64,000 bases of DNA from assembly GCA_043799545.1 (NCBI GenBank), contig JAZDNO010000019.1, forward strand, positions 32,001-96,000, in the 5' to 3' direction. The notes under the pieces are model-generated. The model saw only the letters and a list, made by a program, of their open reading frames with translations. It ran no database searches and was not told where the DNA came from. This stretch comes from Methanobacteriota archaeon. Its GTDB lineage: Archaea; Thermoplasmatota; Thermoplasmata; SG8-5; DAIRED01. The position numbers and the translations under genes are program-made. The first letter of the stretch is position 1; every line of letters starts with the position of its first letter. Below, one piece after another: positions 28,801-38,966 of this stretch.

Positions 28801-29911
28801 CTGGTTCGGCTCCGGGAGCGAAGCGAACGTTTCGATGGTTTTGACCGGAACTGGCGTGTACGGGTCGGCGATACCGGCGCCTCCGGACAGCGTGGACGCG
28901 CTTCATTACCGCATTGCAGCCGTCGATGCCGCGGGTAACTGGATATCGACCGCTTCGAAAAGCATACAGATAATCGACAACGACCCGCCGTCCGCGGATG
29001 CGGGTTCGGACATTGCAGTGAACGAGAGTTCGACGGCATCCTTCGACGGCTCGGGCTCCGCGGACAACATAGGGGTCGCAAATTACACTTGGACCTTCAA
29101 CGACGGTACGGGGAATTTGACAATCTACGGCGCCTCGCCGACCCACAATTTCACGGCCCCAGGCACCTACATCGTTACCCTCGTTGCGAGGGACGCCGCA
29201 GGCAATGAGGATTCGGACACTGTCGTCGTGATAGTCAACGCTCTCGTTCCAGCGGATTCGGACGGGGATGGCGTTCCCGACGCCGAAGACGCATTCCCGG
29301 ACGATTCGGCTGAATGGCTGGATTCCGACGGAGACGGAGTGGGGGACAACGGCGACGCATTCCCGAACGACCCGGCCGAATGGGCGGACTCAGACGGCGA
29401 TGGAATAGGGGACAATGCGGACCAGGGCGCAAACGAAACGAGCATCCCCGGCGACCAGGACGGTTTCCTGGGCGAATACTGGTGGCTCATCGCCGTGATT
29501 GCGCTTGTCGCCGTAGCGGGAGCCTTTTTCGCGTTAAAACGAAAACCCGAGATTCCCTCCAAGCAGCCACCGCAAATCAGGCAGGCCGAGTGCCCCAAAT
29601 GCGGATTCACGATCGAGGCTGGCGCGGAATGCCCGTTCTGCGCGGAGGATGCGCATGCTCCTATCAAACCAGAGCCCGCAAAGGCCGCTCCGCCGCCCGA
29701 GCCCGTAAAAACGATGCCGGCAGGGCTCGAGAAGGCAGCGGTGGCCCCCGAACCATCGACGCCGCCTAAGGCCGCATCCGCGCCTGGCCCAGCTCAGCCG
29801 AAGCCCAGGCTCAGCGACGAGGAATTGCTCTCCCGCATCGAGGCTGCCCACAAGGAAGGAAAGATGGGCGAGGCGCAGTACCAGAAAAACATCGCCCGGT
29901 TCAAGAAATAG
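25844..29911 (+). CDS. Family-5 (Opp/Dpp) solute-binding protein fused to Ig-like, PKD and TSP3-like repeats, TM helix, zinc ribbon and SHOCT-like tail
   Basis: Signal peptide, then DIQTLNPL, IGSGPFKF, FRKAVAHCID and NYPGYRN SBP motifs. These are followed by Ig/PKD modules, DSDGDG repeats, a TM helix (YWWLIAVIALVAVAGAFF) and CPKC...CPFC. Confidence 0.88.
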   Translation: MASMRTIAAVCACALLLAGIVTVAPASARQDVFQTDADELVLRVAIKTDIQTLNPLIAGDDVTWKVLQWVYDTPIKTDLIDPSKYVPYVATNSMNYTPSSLFNYDNHTDWEPAALSGQMTVYYNFTGVAFHDGHQMDIEDILFSYGVAAALPEWASKVQCLMDKGGGAGSNYSTTHWLGLRAYWESADHLHAALRFYLQVPYADFASDTLAVMILPQHIWSMKLSGQDVDGADPFLPAVDPNVWKANLAIGYDNSNVIGSGPFKFDYWTSGTSVKILTWREHFNHPQPRIDAILFNIYHTSEAAIAALQQGDVDYIGWSITPAEASVLASTPSVAMSQSAQRGYIYLAYNMRLKSFGYLNNDPAQGDYGKQFRKAVAHCIDKYTIVHVLLQDFAIAADGPVSPVDSDWYNNSLPQFSFDPGEATRMLDYGADGIDGNADDYQLTDPGSPPGVGNWWKNPDGTAIGSGPGGKIEILTPEASYDPVRAQAGLMIAAQLQQVGVYAESVPLDFATLVSRADARNFDMLILGWNIGTEPHDFLYAFFHSDFVDVGQNYPGYRNTSFDAMIEDARSTGSFEVRQKDIMDVQACIAYDRPCDVLYFRTNIEAYRTDRFVNWSVGSTGSIYCWRSIVGIHPPATPMVSFTSPGANAAAFSVTQDVAVVFSESMDTAVTPSLHQINGTAVAYSFAGWGMTHSKNDTAYWTHSQSWAENDYLTLRVSGYEDLDGNAGADFEWSFTTADSTPPTSVVGAVSPYVRNTTPLALTIAASDSSGVAYAELWYRHSADNATWGAWSKSGNDTTSPYAYDFTWPDGEGYYEFLSRACDLIGNYDGGTSVAEARHRYSVDLPPTSSVSAVAQYWNRASTLPVAATANDVDGTVANVTLLYSYSANNATWSAYKPAGADAAEPWSWSFAFPDGQGHYRFYSVAADANGNMEDAPAAYDARCAFDSAAPAVTDASPAAGTTGEAFGASASATDNFVLASVRVIYWFGSGSEANVSMVLTGTGVYGSAIPAPPDSVDALHYRIAAVDAAGNWISTASKSIQIIDNDPPSADAGSDIAVNESSTASFDGSGSADNIGVANYTWTFNDGTGNLTIYGASPTHNFTAPGTYIVTLVARDAAGNEDSDTVVVIVNALVPADSDGDGVPDAEDAFPDDSAEWLDSDGDGVGDNGDAFPNDPAEWADSDGDGIGDNADQGANETSIPGDQDGFLGEYWWLIAVIALVAVAGAFFALKRKPEIPSKQPPQIRQAECPKCGFTIEAGAECPFCAEDAHAPIKPEPAKAAPPPEPVKTMPAGLEKAAVAPEPSTPPKAASAPGPAQPKPRLSDEELLSRIEAAHKEGKMGEAQYQKNIARFKK
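29255..29421 (+). repeat. About 2.6 tandem 63-nt (21-aa) TSP3-like Ca-binding repeats
   Basis: DSDGDGVPDAEDAFPDDSAEW / LDSDGDGVGDNGDAFPNDPAEW / ADSDGDGIGDNAD. Confidence 0.85.
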
Positions 29912-29969
29912 TCGTCTCCGGGGCAGTCGATGGCTGGAAACAGATGCTGTGCGCGCCCGCGCCGTTCCT

Positions 29970-31325
29970 CTACGCCTTCGACGACAACGCCCGGGCCTTC
30001 TGCAGGCACCTGACCGCATCGTCACGCTTCCCCAGCTGCACCAGTATCCTGCCTTTGTTCACCCATGCCGTCGCGTAGCGCGGCTTCAGGCGGATGGCCT
30101 CGTCCTCGCACAGCTTCGCCTCGCCCAGGTTGCCCTGGCGCGCTAGCGCTATGGCCTTGTTGTTCCACGCCACCGCGTAGCCCGGGCGGATTTTCAGAGC
30201 CCTGTCGTAGCTCTCCAGCGCCTCATCCACGCTGCCGACCCTGAACAGCAGGTCGCCCTTGTTGCACAGGGCTATCTCGTTTCTGGGGTTGAGCTTCAGC
30301 GCCATGTTGTGGGCCCTGAGGGCGTCGCCGTACATCTCCAGCCTTTTAAGGGCCACGCCCTTGCTCGTCCACGCGGCCGAAGGCTTGGAGTCTATGTGTA
30401 TCGACCTCTCGTAGTATGCGAGCGCTTCCTTGTATTTCCCGTCCCTCAGAAGTCGGTCCCCTTCAGCGACAGCGGAAACGGAAACCCTGAACAGCATGAA
30501 GCTGGCCACGATTCCCCCTAAGGCTATGCCAGCCAGAATCGAGACGTTCAGAAGGCCGAGGTTCGACCATTTGTACATGCCGGTGATTGCGAAAGCCCCA
30601 CACATCGCCCCAACGGTCGCGACGACGACTATATCCACGTACCTCGAGCCGAAGATGTGCATCTTCGGCAGTTCACCCTCCGCGGTGTCCAGCTCTAAGG
30701 CGGCTTCGGGCTCGGCAAACGCATCGCCCCTGGCCTTCGGCGATGGCCTCGCCTTCACGACCGGCTCCTCGGCTGCCAATGGTTGCTCGGAGGCAGTCTC
30801 CGCCTCGGGCGCCTGCGCTTCTGGCTCGGCTGCTGGGATGGGCTCGGGCGCCACCATTTCGGGCTTTGGTTCGGGCGCTGGAGGCGGGCCCGGTTTGGGA
30901 GACGCGGCACTCGCAGGTTCAGACTCATCCAGGGCGTCCGACAGCTTGTCCAGTTCGCTTTCGAGATCAAGTGCGAAAAGCTCGTCGGCGCCCTTCTCGG
31001 GCTCGATTTGTTTTTCCAGGAATTCGGAACCGCACGACGGGCAGCTTTGCGACCCGGGTGGCACGGAAGTTCCGCACATGGGACAGTCAAAGCTCTCCTC
31101 GGCAGCCAGAACGAGAGAGTCCAGGAGGTCGTCGATGTTGTCTTCCTCCTTCGAATCGACCCTCGCCTGCTCGTTTTCGAGCATGCCTTTCAGCAAATCG
31201 TCGACGTCGGCGCCGGATTTAGGGAGGGGGGCCACGAGGGCCATGCCGCACGAGGCGCAGGCTTTTGCGCCCTTGGGATTCGCCGCGCCGCACACCTTGC
31301 AAACCGTTCCGTTTTCAGAAGCCAT
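29970..31325 (-). CDS. Membrane protein with two N-terminal zinc ribbons, acidic/Pro linker, two TM helices and TPR repeats
   Basis: CKVC...CASC and CPMC...CPSC, two hydrophobic helices, then AWTSKG / ALCNKG / AWNNKA / AWVNKG TPRs. Confidence 0.85.
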   Translation of the reverse strand: MASENGTVCKVCGAANPKGAKACASCGMALVAPLPKSGADVDDLLKGMLENEQARVDSKEEDNIDDLLDSLVLAAEESFDCPMCGTSVPPGSQSCPSCGSEFLEKQIEPEKGADELFALDLESELDKLSDALDESEPASAASPKPGPPPAPEPKPEMVAPEPIPAAEPEAQAPEAETASEQPLAAEEPVVKARPSPKARGDAFAEPEAALELDTAEGELPKMHIFGSRYVDIVVVATVGAMCGAFAITGMYKWSNLGLLNVSILAGIALGGIVASFMLFRVSVSAVAEGDRLLRDGKYKEALAYYERSIHIDSKPSAAWTSKGVALKRLEMYGDALRAHNMALKLNPRNEIALCNKGDLLFRVGSVDEALESYDRALKIRPGYAVAWNNKAIALARQGNLGEAKLCEDEAIRLKPRYATAWVNKGRILVQLGKRDDAVRCLQKARALSSKA

Positions 31326-31425
31326 TCTGGACCGCAGATTTTTATCTGCGCATATAAAGCTATCGCAACCTCCGGGAGCCTAAAGGTTAAATAGGCAATA
31401 CGATTTCGACCCGTTGGGTATCAGA

Positions 31426-31644
31426 ATGAAGCTCTATCTCAAGCTGTACTTCTCGAGCGAGGGGAAGAATCCGCTGGACGTCATCAGGGACATCGAGGGG
31501 GTCGGGTTCGGGCCGGTCGTGGGCGACTACGACTTCGTGGCAGAGTTCAAGACTCCGGAGGAATACGGGCACATAATAAAGAGCCTCCACATGTCTTTGA
31601 AGGGAAGCGGCGCGCAGTACACCCTCAACACCAAGAAGGTCTGA
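31426..31644 (+). CDS. Small conserved hypothetical protein
   Basis: 72-aa ORF with an alpha/beta pattern (LYFSSEG...GFGPVVGDYDF) and an upstream AT-rich promoter gap. Confidence 0.7.
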   Translation: MKLYLKLYFSSEGKNPLDVIRDIEGVGFGPVVGDYDFVAEFKTPEEYGHIIKSLHMSLKGSGAQYTLNTKKV

Positions 31645-32053
31645 AGTCGGAAAGGATCCTGGCGTGGTCGAAAGCCATCTCGACGGGCAACCTTTTGAGC
31701 GGCAGCCACGCCGCGGACTCTGCATCGTCGCCGCCCCTGGCCTCGCCGCTCTCGTAGCGCATCACGAAAACCGCGCTAACGACGTGCCCGCGCGGGTCTC
31801 GGCCGGGCTCGGAGTAAATCCCGAACAGCCGTTCGACCTTGGCAATTATGCCGGTCTCCTCCAAAAGCTCCCTGATCACTGCCATTTCGACAGTCTCGCC
31901 AGCTTCGACGAATCCGCCAGGCAGGGCGTGCAGCCCCTGGAACGGCGGACTCCCGCGCCTCACCAGAAGGATGTTGTCGTCCTTGACGACAATGGCGTCG
32001 ACAGCCAATCTCGGACCGGGACGCGCGTTCCGGCCAGCCTCGTTCGTTGGCAA
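31625..32053 (-). CDS. NUDIX hydrolase
   Basis: Nudix box GGFVEAGETVEMAVIRELLEETG and RDPRGH. Confidence 0.93.
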   Translation of the reverse strand: MPTNEAGRNARPGPRLAVDAIVVKDDNILLVRRGSPPFQGLHALPGGFVEAGETVEMAVIRELLEETGIIAKVERLFGIYSEPGRDPRGHVVSAVFVMRYESGEARGGDDAESAAWLPLKRLPVEMAFDHARILSDFRPSWC

Positions 32054-32056
32054 GGT

Positions 32057-33706
<1,650 letters not shown>

Positions 33707-33747
33707 TGGGACACCAGCCGCCACATCGCCGCAACATTAAAAATACT

Positions 33748-34872
33748 TTACTTTAAATCTATAGCTTTCTCCGGGCATACTTCATGGCAACAATAGCATC
33801 GTATGCACCTTTTGTAGTCCATCACGGCGATTGGCTTCCCCTTGCCCTTCGCCTTGATTTCGATGCACTTCTTCGGGCACATCTTCGCGCACTCCCCGCA
33901 CGCGGTGCACCTTGCTGGGTCCGGCACCGGCCTGCGCGTCCATCTGCGCAGCAGGAACTCGGGCGCTGCGGCCGGCAGGTTGCTGACCTTCGCCTTCGTC
34001 CATTTGAACCTGATGTCGGAGAAGTCGGCCAGGGTTGCACCCACCACGTCAACATCCTCAATCTTTCCGGTGGATATTCCCCGCGCAACGGCGTTTGAGA
34101 TGGTCGGGACCGCGAGAGGGCTCATTTTCACGAGGGATGTGGCAACGATGTCCATCGCCGTTGGGTCGTCCGATGCCAGTATCGCCCCGACCTTCTTAGG
34201 GTCCCCGCCTGACGGTCCCGCGCCCTCCATGCCGACGATTCCGTCCATTATCACGAGCGCCGGCTTAGCCCAAAGGGCAAGGTCGAGCAGCATCTCCGAA
34301 AAGTCCCGGGCGTCGGGGAGCTTGGCATGGTAAGCCTCCTTGGAATAGCCAGGGATGAGGCCGTAGTGAATCTTCACGGCGCCGGTGAACGTTGTGAACG
34401 AATGAGTCTTCAATTTCGGCAGGGAGACGATTTTGTCCGCCTCCGCCGCGGCCTCAATTATCTCGAAGTTTTTTATCAGCTTCCCATCTGGATACGACAC
34501 GCGCACGGTGCCGATATTCTGGTTCAGCCCCGCTTTCGTTCCCTCGACGGCCTCGTGCATCTGGCTCTTTCGGTAGCACTTCTCCAGCCTGGCTTGCGTG
34601 AAGCCCATCGCGGGGCTGTCGCCGACGACGACCTTCGCCCCTGCCGCTTCGAGGAGCTGGATGGCCGCCTTCACGACTGCGGGGTGCGTAGTAACGGCAT
34701 CGTCCGGCGCCTTCGGCATCAGGAGGTTGACCTTCAGGAAGACCTTGTCTCCGGGAGAGATGAAACGGCCGATTCCGCCGAGGCTTGCCACTGCGCCGTT
34801 AACAGCCTTCGAGACCTCCGCGTCATCGTACGAGCCGCACTTCGCAATCGAGACCCTTGTCCTTTCGCTCAT
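33748..34872 (-). CDS. DUF362 family protein with C-terminal 2x[4Fe-4S] ferredoxin
   Basis: KVNLL, VTTHP, LPKLKTH, GMEGAGP, CTACGECAKMCP and CIRCYCCHEVCP. Confidence 0.9.
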   Translation of the reverse strand: MSERTRVSIAKCGSYDDAEVSKAVNGAVASLGGIGRFISPGDKVFLKVNLLMPKAPDDAVTTHPAVVKAAIQLLEAAGAKVVVGDSPAMGFTQARLEKCYRKSQMHEAVEGTKAGLNQNIGTVRVSYPDGKLIKNFEIIEAAAEADKIVSLPKLKTHSFTTFTGAVKIHYGLIPGYSKEAYHAKLPDARDFSEMLLDLALWAKPALVIMDGIVGMEGAGPSGGDPKKVGAILASDDPTAMDIVATSLVKMSPLAVPTISNAVARGISTGKIEDVDVVGATLADFSDIRFKWTKAKVSNLPAAAPEFLLRRWTRRPVPDPARCTACGECAKMCPKKCIEIKAKGKGKPIAVMDYKRCIRCYCCHEVCPEKAIDLK

Positions 34873-34951
34873 GGACACCACCATCCCCACGCTGCGTAAA
34901 AGGATTGCCGCTGAACCGAAAGCTAATCAACGACCGAAGCAATGCGGAGCC

Positions 34952-35566
34952 GTGAAGCGCATCTCCCTCGAAATCGCCCTCCAGAATCGGCCCCAGTTCC
35001 CGTCGCCGGACCCGTCGCTGGAGCAGTACCTCACCCCCGCGCCGCTCGCAGCGGACATCCTCTACTGGGCGCTGGCAGAGGGCGACATCCAGGGCAAGAG
35101 CGTCCTCGACCTGGGCTGCGGGACGGGGATTTTCGCGGTCGGCGCGTCGCTGCTCGGTGCGAATCGAGCCGTCGGCGTGGATTTGGATGGTAGCGCTTTG
35201 ACTGCGGCGCGGGAATTCGCTGGCAAAGCTCGCGCGGACGTCGGTTTCGTCCGCGCTGATGCGAATCATCTGCCGTTCAAGAACAAGTCCGTGGCAGACA
35301 CGGTCCTGATGAACCCGCCCTTCGGCAGCCAGAAGCGCCATGCCGACAGGCCTTTCGCCGAGGCCGCGGCCTCGCTAGCGCGCGTGGTCTATTGCATACA
35401 CCTCGCCGAAACCGAACCGTTCGCGAGGCGGCTCTACGAAAAGCTCGGCGCTCGAAGCCTCGCATCGAAAACCTATAAATTCGAGATACCGCATACCTAT
35501 GAATTCCACAGGCGCGAAAAAGAGCTTGTCGATGTCGCGGTGCTCAGGGTGGGGATGGTGAAGTGA
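34952..35566 (+). CDS. METTL5-family RNA methyltransferase
   Basis: LEQYLTP, LDLGCGTG and MNPPFG. Confidence 0.9.
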   Translation: MKRISLEIALQNRPQFPSPDPSLEQYLTPAPLAADILYWALAEGDIQGKSVLDLGCGTGIFAVGASLLGANRAVGVDLDGSALTAAREFAGKARADVGFVRADANHLPFKNKSVADTVLMNPPFGSQKRHADRPFAEAAASLARVVYCIHLAETEPFARRLYEKLGARSLASKTYKFEIPHTYEFHRREKELVDVAVLRVGMVK

Positions 35567-36150
35567 TGGGACGTTCGGGGGACGGCCGGAAGGTCGTGAT
35601 GCCAGGGGAGGAGATAGCGGCCTCGGAGGAGTTCGTCGTGGGAGAAGGCACGTACGAGCGCGAGGGCAGGATTTTTGCCTCGGTGACCGGGACAGTCGAG
35701 CTGGACAAGCTGGATATGGTGGCGCGGGTCAGGGCTCTCAACGCTCCGAGGCAGCTCAAGGCCGGGGACACGATAGTCGGCGCAGTCTCGGAAATAAGGG
35801 GAACTATGGTGAACATACAGACAATCGCTCCGGAGGAAGATGGCCGCAGGATGACCGGGCAGGACATGGGGACCATCCACATATCGAAGGTCACGGAAGG
35901 CCGCAGCGACGACCTGCGCGAGATGTTCAGGCTGGGCGACGTGGTCAGGGCGAAGGTCATCCAGGTCAAGCCGTCCCTCCAGCTCACCACCGCCGGTCCG
36001 GACTTCGGGGTTATCAAGGCGTTCTGCACGAAGTGCCGGGCGCCGCTGGCCCTGCGAAAGGGGGACCTGCGCTGCGACAACTGCGAGCGCATAGAGCGAA
36101 GGAAGCTTGCCAAGGGATACAGCTCGCCAGCCTTCTTCGAAGAGGGTTGA
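35563..36150 (+). CDS. csl4: Exosome RNA-binding subunit Csl4
   Basis: VMPGEEI...GEGTY, an S1 domain (IHIS, FRLGDVVRAKV) and a C-terminal CTKC...CDNC zinc ribbon. Confidence 0.93.
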   Translation: MMGRSGDGRKVVMPGEEIAASEEFVVGEGTYEREGRIFASVTGTVELDKLDMVARVRALNAPRQLKAGDTIVGAVSEIRGTMVNIQTIAPEEDGRRMTGQDMGTIHISKVTEGRSDDLREMFRLGDVVRAKVIQVKPSLQLTTAGPDFGVIKAFCTKCRAPLALRKGDLRCDNCERIERRKLAKGYSSPAFFEEG

Positions 36151-36153
36151 AAG

Positions 36154-37854
36154 ATGCGTAAGAAGCTGGTCGAGCGCTTGTGCTCGCAGGGGATTCTCAT
36201 AGAGCCGTCGGCGTTGAAGATGCTCCAGGCGGGGCCGGAGCCGCTGGCCACCCTGGAAAGGTTCCTCGGCTCGTCCAGGCAGAACCCGCTGCTGATAACC
36301 GGCACGGACGTCCGGGAATTCCTGGATTCGGAGAATGCAAAGGCGGAGCTTCAGCCAGCGCCCGCCCCGCCCCCGCCGAGCCCCGACGAGGAGGAGCCGG
36401 ACGAGGGGGCGGCGAGGCCGTCGACGGGCGTCGCCATGTACATGGACGCCCCGTCCATGGTTCCCCCCCCTGTCGGGCCCGAACCGATCGTTCTGCGGCT
36501 GGGCGGTGGCGAAGCGGGGTCGATGCCGGACGAAACGCCGACCGTCCCGGCGGCCGAGCCGCCCAAGACATCCGGGCGCACATCCATGTCCAACCGGGCG
36601 GCGGCCAAGGGCTACGATTCAGACGTCGCGGTCATTCAAGAAATAACGGACGAGAGCCGTTGCACCGGCCAGGCGAGCGATTTCAAGAACTACTTCGAGG
36701 ACAGGCTCCGCGTCCTCAGCCGGCTCCTGAAGCAGCGACCGGAGATGGGGGGGGCGGTCAAGGTCGAGAGCGCGCTCGGCTACGACGCCCGCGAGGCGCG
36801 GGTAATCTGCATGGTCAGCGACGTCGCCCGCCCCCAGGACAAGCGCGTGAGGGGGACGTGGCTCACTGTCGAGGACGAGACTGGAACGATGCGCGTTTGG
36901 CTGCCGGACGAGGGCGGTTTCGCGGGAAAGTACGTCCTGAAGGACGAGGTCATTGGAATATTGGGAAAGGTCCAGAAGCCCAGGGGCCATCACCCCGGCA
37001 GGGACCGGGGGAACTACATCGTGGCGCAGCATCTGATCAGGCCAGAGCTCGTGGGGCCCCGCACGCCCAGGCGCTCGGAGAACCCGCTGGTGATGGCCTG
37101 CGCGGGAGACCTTCACGTCGGCAGCAGCCACTTCCTCCCCAAGCCCTGGGGGAAGCTGGTCTCGTGGCTGAAATCCGGCGACGGCACGGCCGGAAACGTC
37201 AAGTACCTGCTCATGCCCGGCGACATGGTCGACGGCATAGGAATCTATCCCAACCAGGACGAGGAGCTGGAGATTGACGACGTTTACCTGCAGTACGAGC
37301 GGCTGGCCACGATGCTTGCGGAGATACCGGACCACATAGCGCTGATAATCCTGCCCGGGAACCACGACGCCCAGAGGCTCAGCGAGCCGCAGCCGGCGCT
37401 GCCCCAGAAGGTCCGCGACATCCTGGGCACTCGCCCCTCGTACGTCGGAAACCCGAGCTACCTGATGGTCGACGGCGTGCGGGTACTGGCCTACCACGGA
37501 AGGGGATTCGACGACTTCGCGGGGAACCTCGGGCCGATAGGGTACCAGCAGCCGATGCTCCTCATGCAGGAGATGCTGAAGCGCAGGCACATGTCCCCGA
37601 TATACGGCGGCAAGAACCAGCTCGCGCCGGAGCGGCGCGACCACATGGTCATCAACCCCGTGCCGGACGTTTTCGTCACCGGCCACGTCCACGGGGCGGG
37701 GATAGAGGATTACAAGGGCGTCGTGAACATAAACGCCTCGACTTTGCAGTCGCAGACGCCGTTCCAGGCGTCGCACAACTTCAACCCGGACCCTGGCAAA
37801 GTCCCGTGGGTCAGGCTCGACACCTTCGAGTTCGGGATGGAGAGCTTCTTCTGA
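36154..37854 (+). CDS. polD1: DNA polymerase D small (proofreading) subunit DP1
   Basis: YFEDR, an OB fold (VEDETG), GDLHVG, GDMVDGIGIYP, PGNHDA, YHG and GHVH. Confidence 0.95.
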   Translation: MRKKLVERLCSQGILIEPSALKMLQAGPEPLATLERFLGSSRQNPLLITGTDVREFLDSENAKAELQPAPAPPPPSPDEEEPDEGAARPSTGVAMYMDAPSMVPPPVGPEPIVLRLGGGEAGSMPDETPTVPAAEPPKTSGRTSMSNRAAAKGYDSDVAVIQEITDESRCTGQASDFKNYFEDRLRVLSRLLKQRPEMGGAVKVESALGYDAREARVICMVSDVARPQDKRVRGTWLTVEDETGTMRVWLPDEGGFAGKYVLKDEVIGILGKVQKPRGHHPGRDRGNYIVAQHLIRPELVGPRTPRRSENPLVMACAGDLHVGSSHFLPKPWGKLVSWLKSGDGTAGNVKYLLMPGDMVDGIGIYPNQDEELEIDDVYLQYERLATMLAEIPDHIALIILPGNHDAQRLSEPQPALPQKVRDILGTRPSYVGNPSYLMVDGVRVLAYHGRGFDDFAGNLGPIGYQQPMLLMQEMLKRRHMSPIYGGKNQLAPERRDHMVINPVPDVFVTGHVHGAGIEDYKGVVNINASTLQSQTPFQASHNFNPDPGKVPWVRLDTFEFGMESFF

Positions 37855-38293
37855 GCGTCCCGTCCGGCCCGACCTCGCCCCTGCACACCCTCGTGGAGGA
37901 GAGGGGGCGCCCGTCGCTCGCGCTCACGAGCCCGATTGCCAGTATCTTCAGGGCCTTCAAACCGCCCACCTCGCGCATCTCGTTGATGCGCCTGGCTCCG
38001 TCGAGAGTCTCCTCGGAGACGACTATCGCGTCGAATTCCCCGCTCGCCGCCGGCCCGATTTCGTCTTCTATTTCGCCTATCTCGTAGGGCTTTCCTTTCG
38101 CGAGCTTGTCGCACATCGCGGCCAGCTCCTTCTTCCGCAATTCGAAAGAGGGCACGTCGTGGCACTTGCCATGCGCCATGGCGCTGGAGGCGAGGCCTAT
38201 GAAAACCTCGTCGCCCACATCGAAGGCCAGGGCGAGAAGCGCTTCGTGGCCCCTGTGCAGGTGGCTGAAAGTTCCTCCGAGGCAGACCCTCAT
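37811..38293 (-). CDS. coaD: Archaeal phosphopantetheine adenylyltransferase
   Basis: GGTFSHLHRGH, IVVSEET, INEMR and LSSTRV. Confidence 0.88.
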   Translation of the reverse strand: MRVCLGGTFSHLHRGHEALLALAFDVGDEVFIGLASSAMAHGKCHDVPSFELRKKELAAMCDKLAKGKPYEIGEIEDEIGPAASGEFDAIVVSEETLDGARRINEMREVGGLKALKILAIGLVSASDGRPLSSTRVCRGEVGPDGTLRRSSPSRTRRCRA

Positions 38294-38382
38294 GGCGACG
38301 GGTAAGCGTTGTCTGCATAAGGCTTTTCGCGCCAGGGCGAAGACCGAAAAAGTGATTAACGCCCCCTCCATCACTCCGAATC

Positions 38383-38850
38383 ATGAATGCCCTCGTGGTC
38401 TACTACTCCAGGACGGGGATGACGAAAATAGTCGCCGAGACGGTGCGCGCGCTCCTCCAGTGCGACGCCGAGGAGCTGAAGGACACGAAGAAGCGCAAGG
38501 GGCTCGTCGGCTACATGCGCTCGGGCCGCGAGGTCATGGAGAAGGGAACGACGACGCTGGAGCCCACATCGCGCGACCCGGCGGACTACGACCTCGTAAT
38601 AGTGGGAACGCCGGTCTGGGTCTACACGATGTCCACTCCCGTGAAGGCGTGGCTCGAACAGAACGAGGCTAAGATAAAGAAGCTGGCGGTCTTCTGCACC
38701 TGCGGGAGCGACCCCGGCCACACAATCGAGGACGTGGAGGCGGCCTGCGGGCTCGTGGCCGGGGCCAAGCTCGTCGTGTTAGCGAGGATTGCCAAGAGGG
38801 CGATGCACGTAGAGGAGACGACGGAGTTCGTGAGGAAGCTGCAGGCGTAG
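38383..38850 (+). CDS. Flavodoxin family protein
   Basis: YYSRTGMT, GTPVW and FCTCG FMN-binding loops. Confidence 0.88.
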   Translation: MNALVVYYSRTGMTKIVAETVRALLQCDAEELKDTKKRKGLVGYMRSGREVMEKGTTTLEPTSRDPADYDLVIVGTPVWVYTMSTPVKAWLEQNEAKIKKLAVFCTCGSDPGHTIEDVEAACGLVAGAKLVVLARIAKRAMHVEETTEFVRKLQA

Positions 38851-38966
38851 GCGCGCTGGCGCGACAGGGTTCGCACGATTGCGAAAACCTTATATATCGC
38901 GGGGTTTTACGCCCTCCATGGGTGCGCTGGAAACATCTCGGCGCCACCTTTCGCGGAGGAATAAGA

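Noticed and set aside
29255-29421. Possible CRISPR-like repeat
   Set aside because: These are in-frame degenerate 63-nt coding repeats with synonymous variation. There are no unique spacers and no cas genes.
36330-36620. Intein or insertion in PolD DP1
   Set aside because: The segment is a Pro/Glu-rich linker between the N-terminal and OB domains, without intein terminal motifs or LAGLIDADG blocks.
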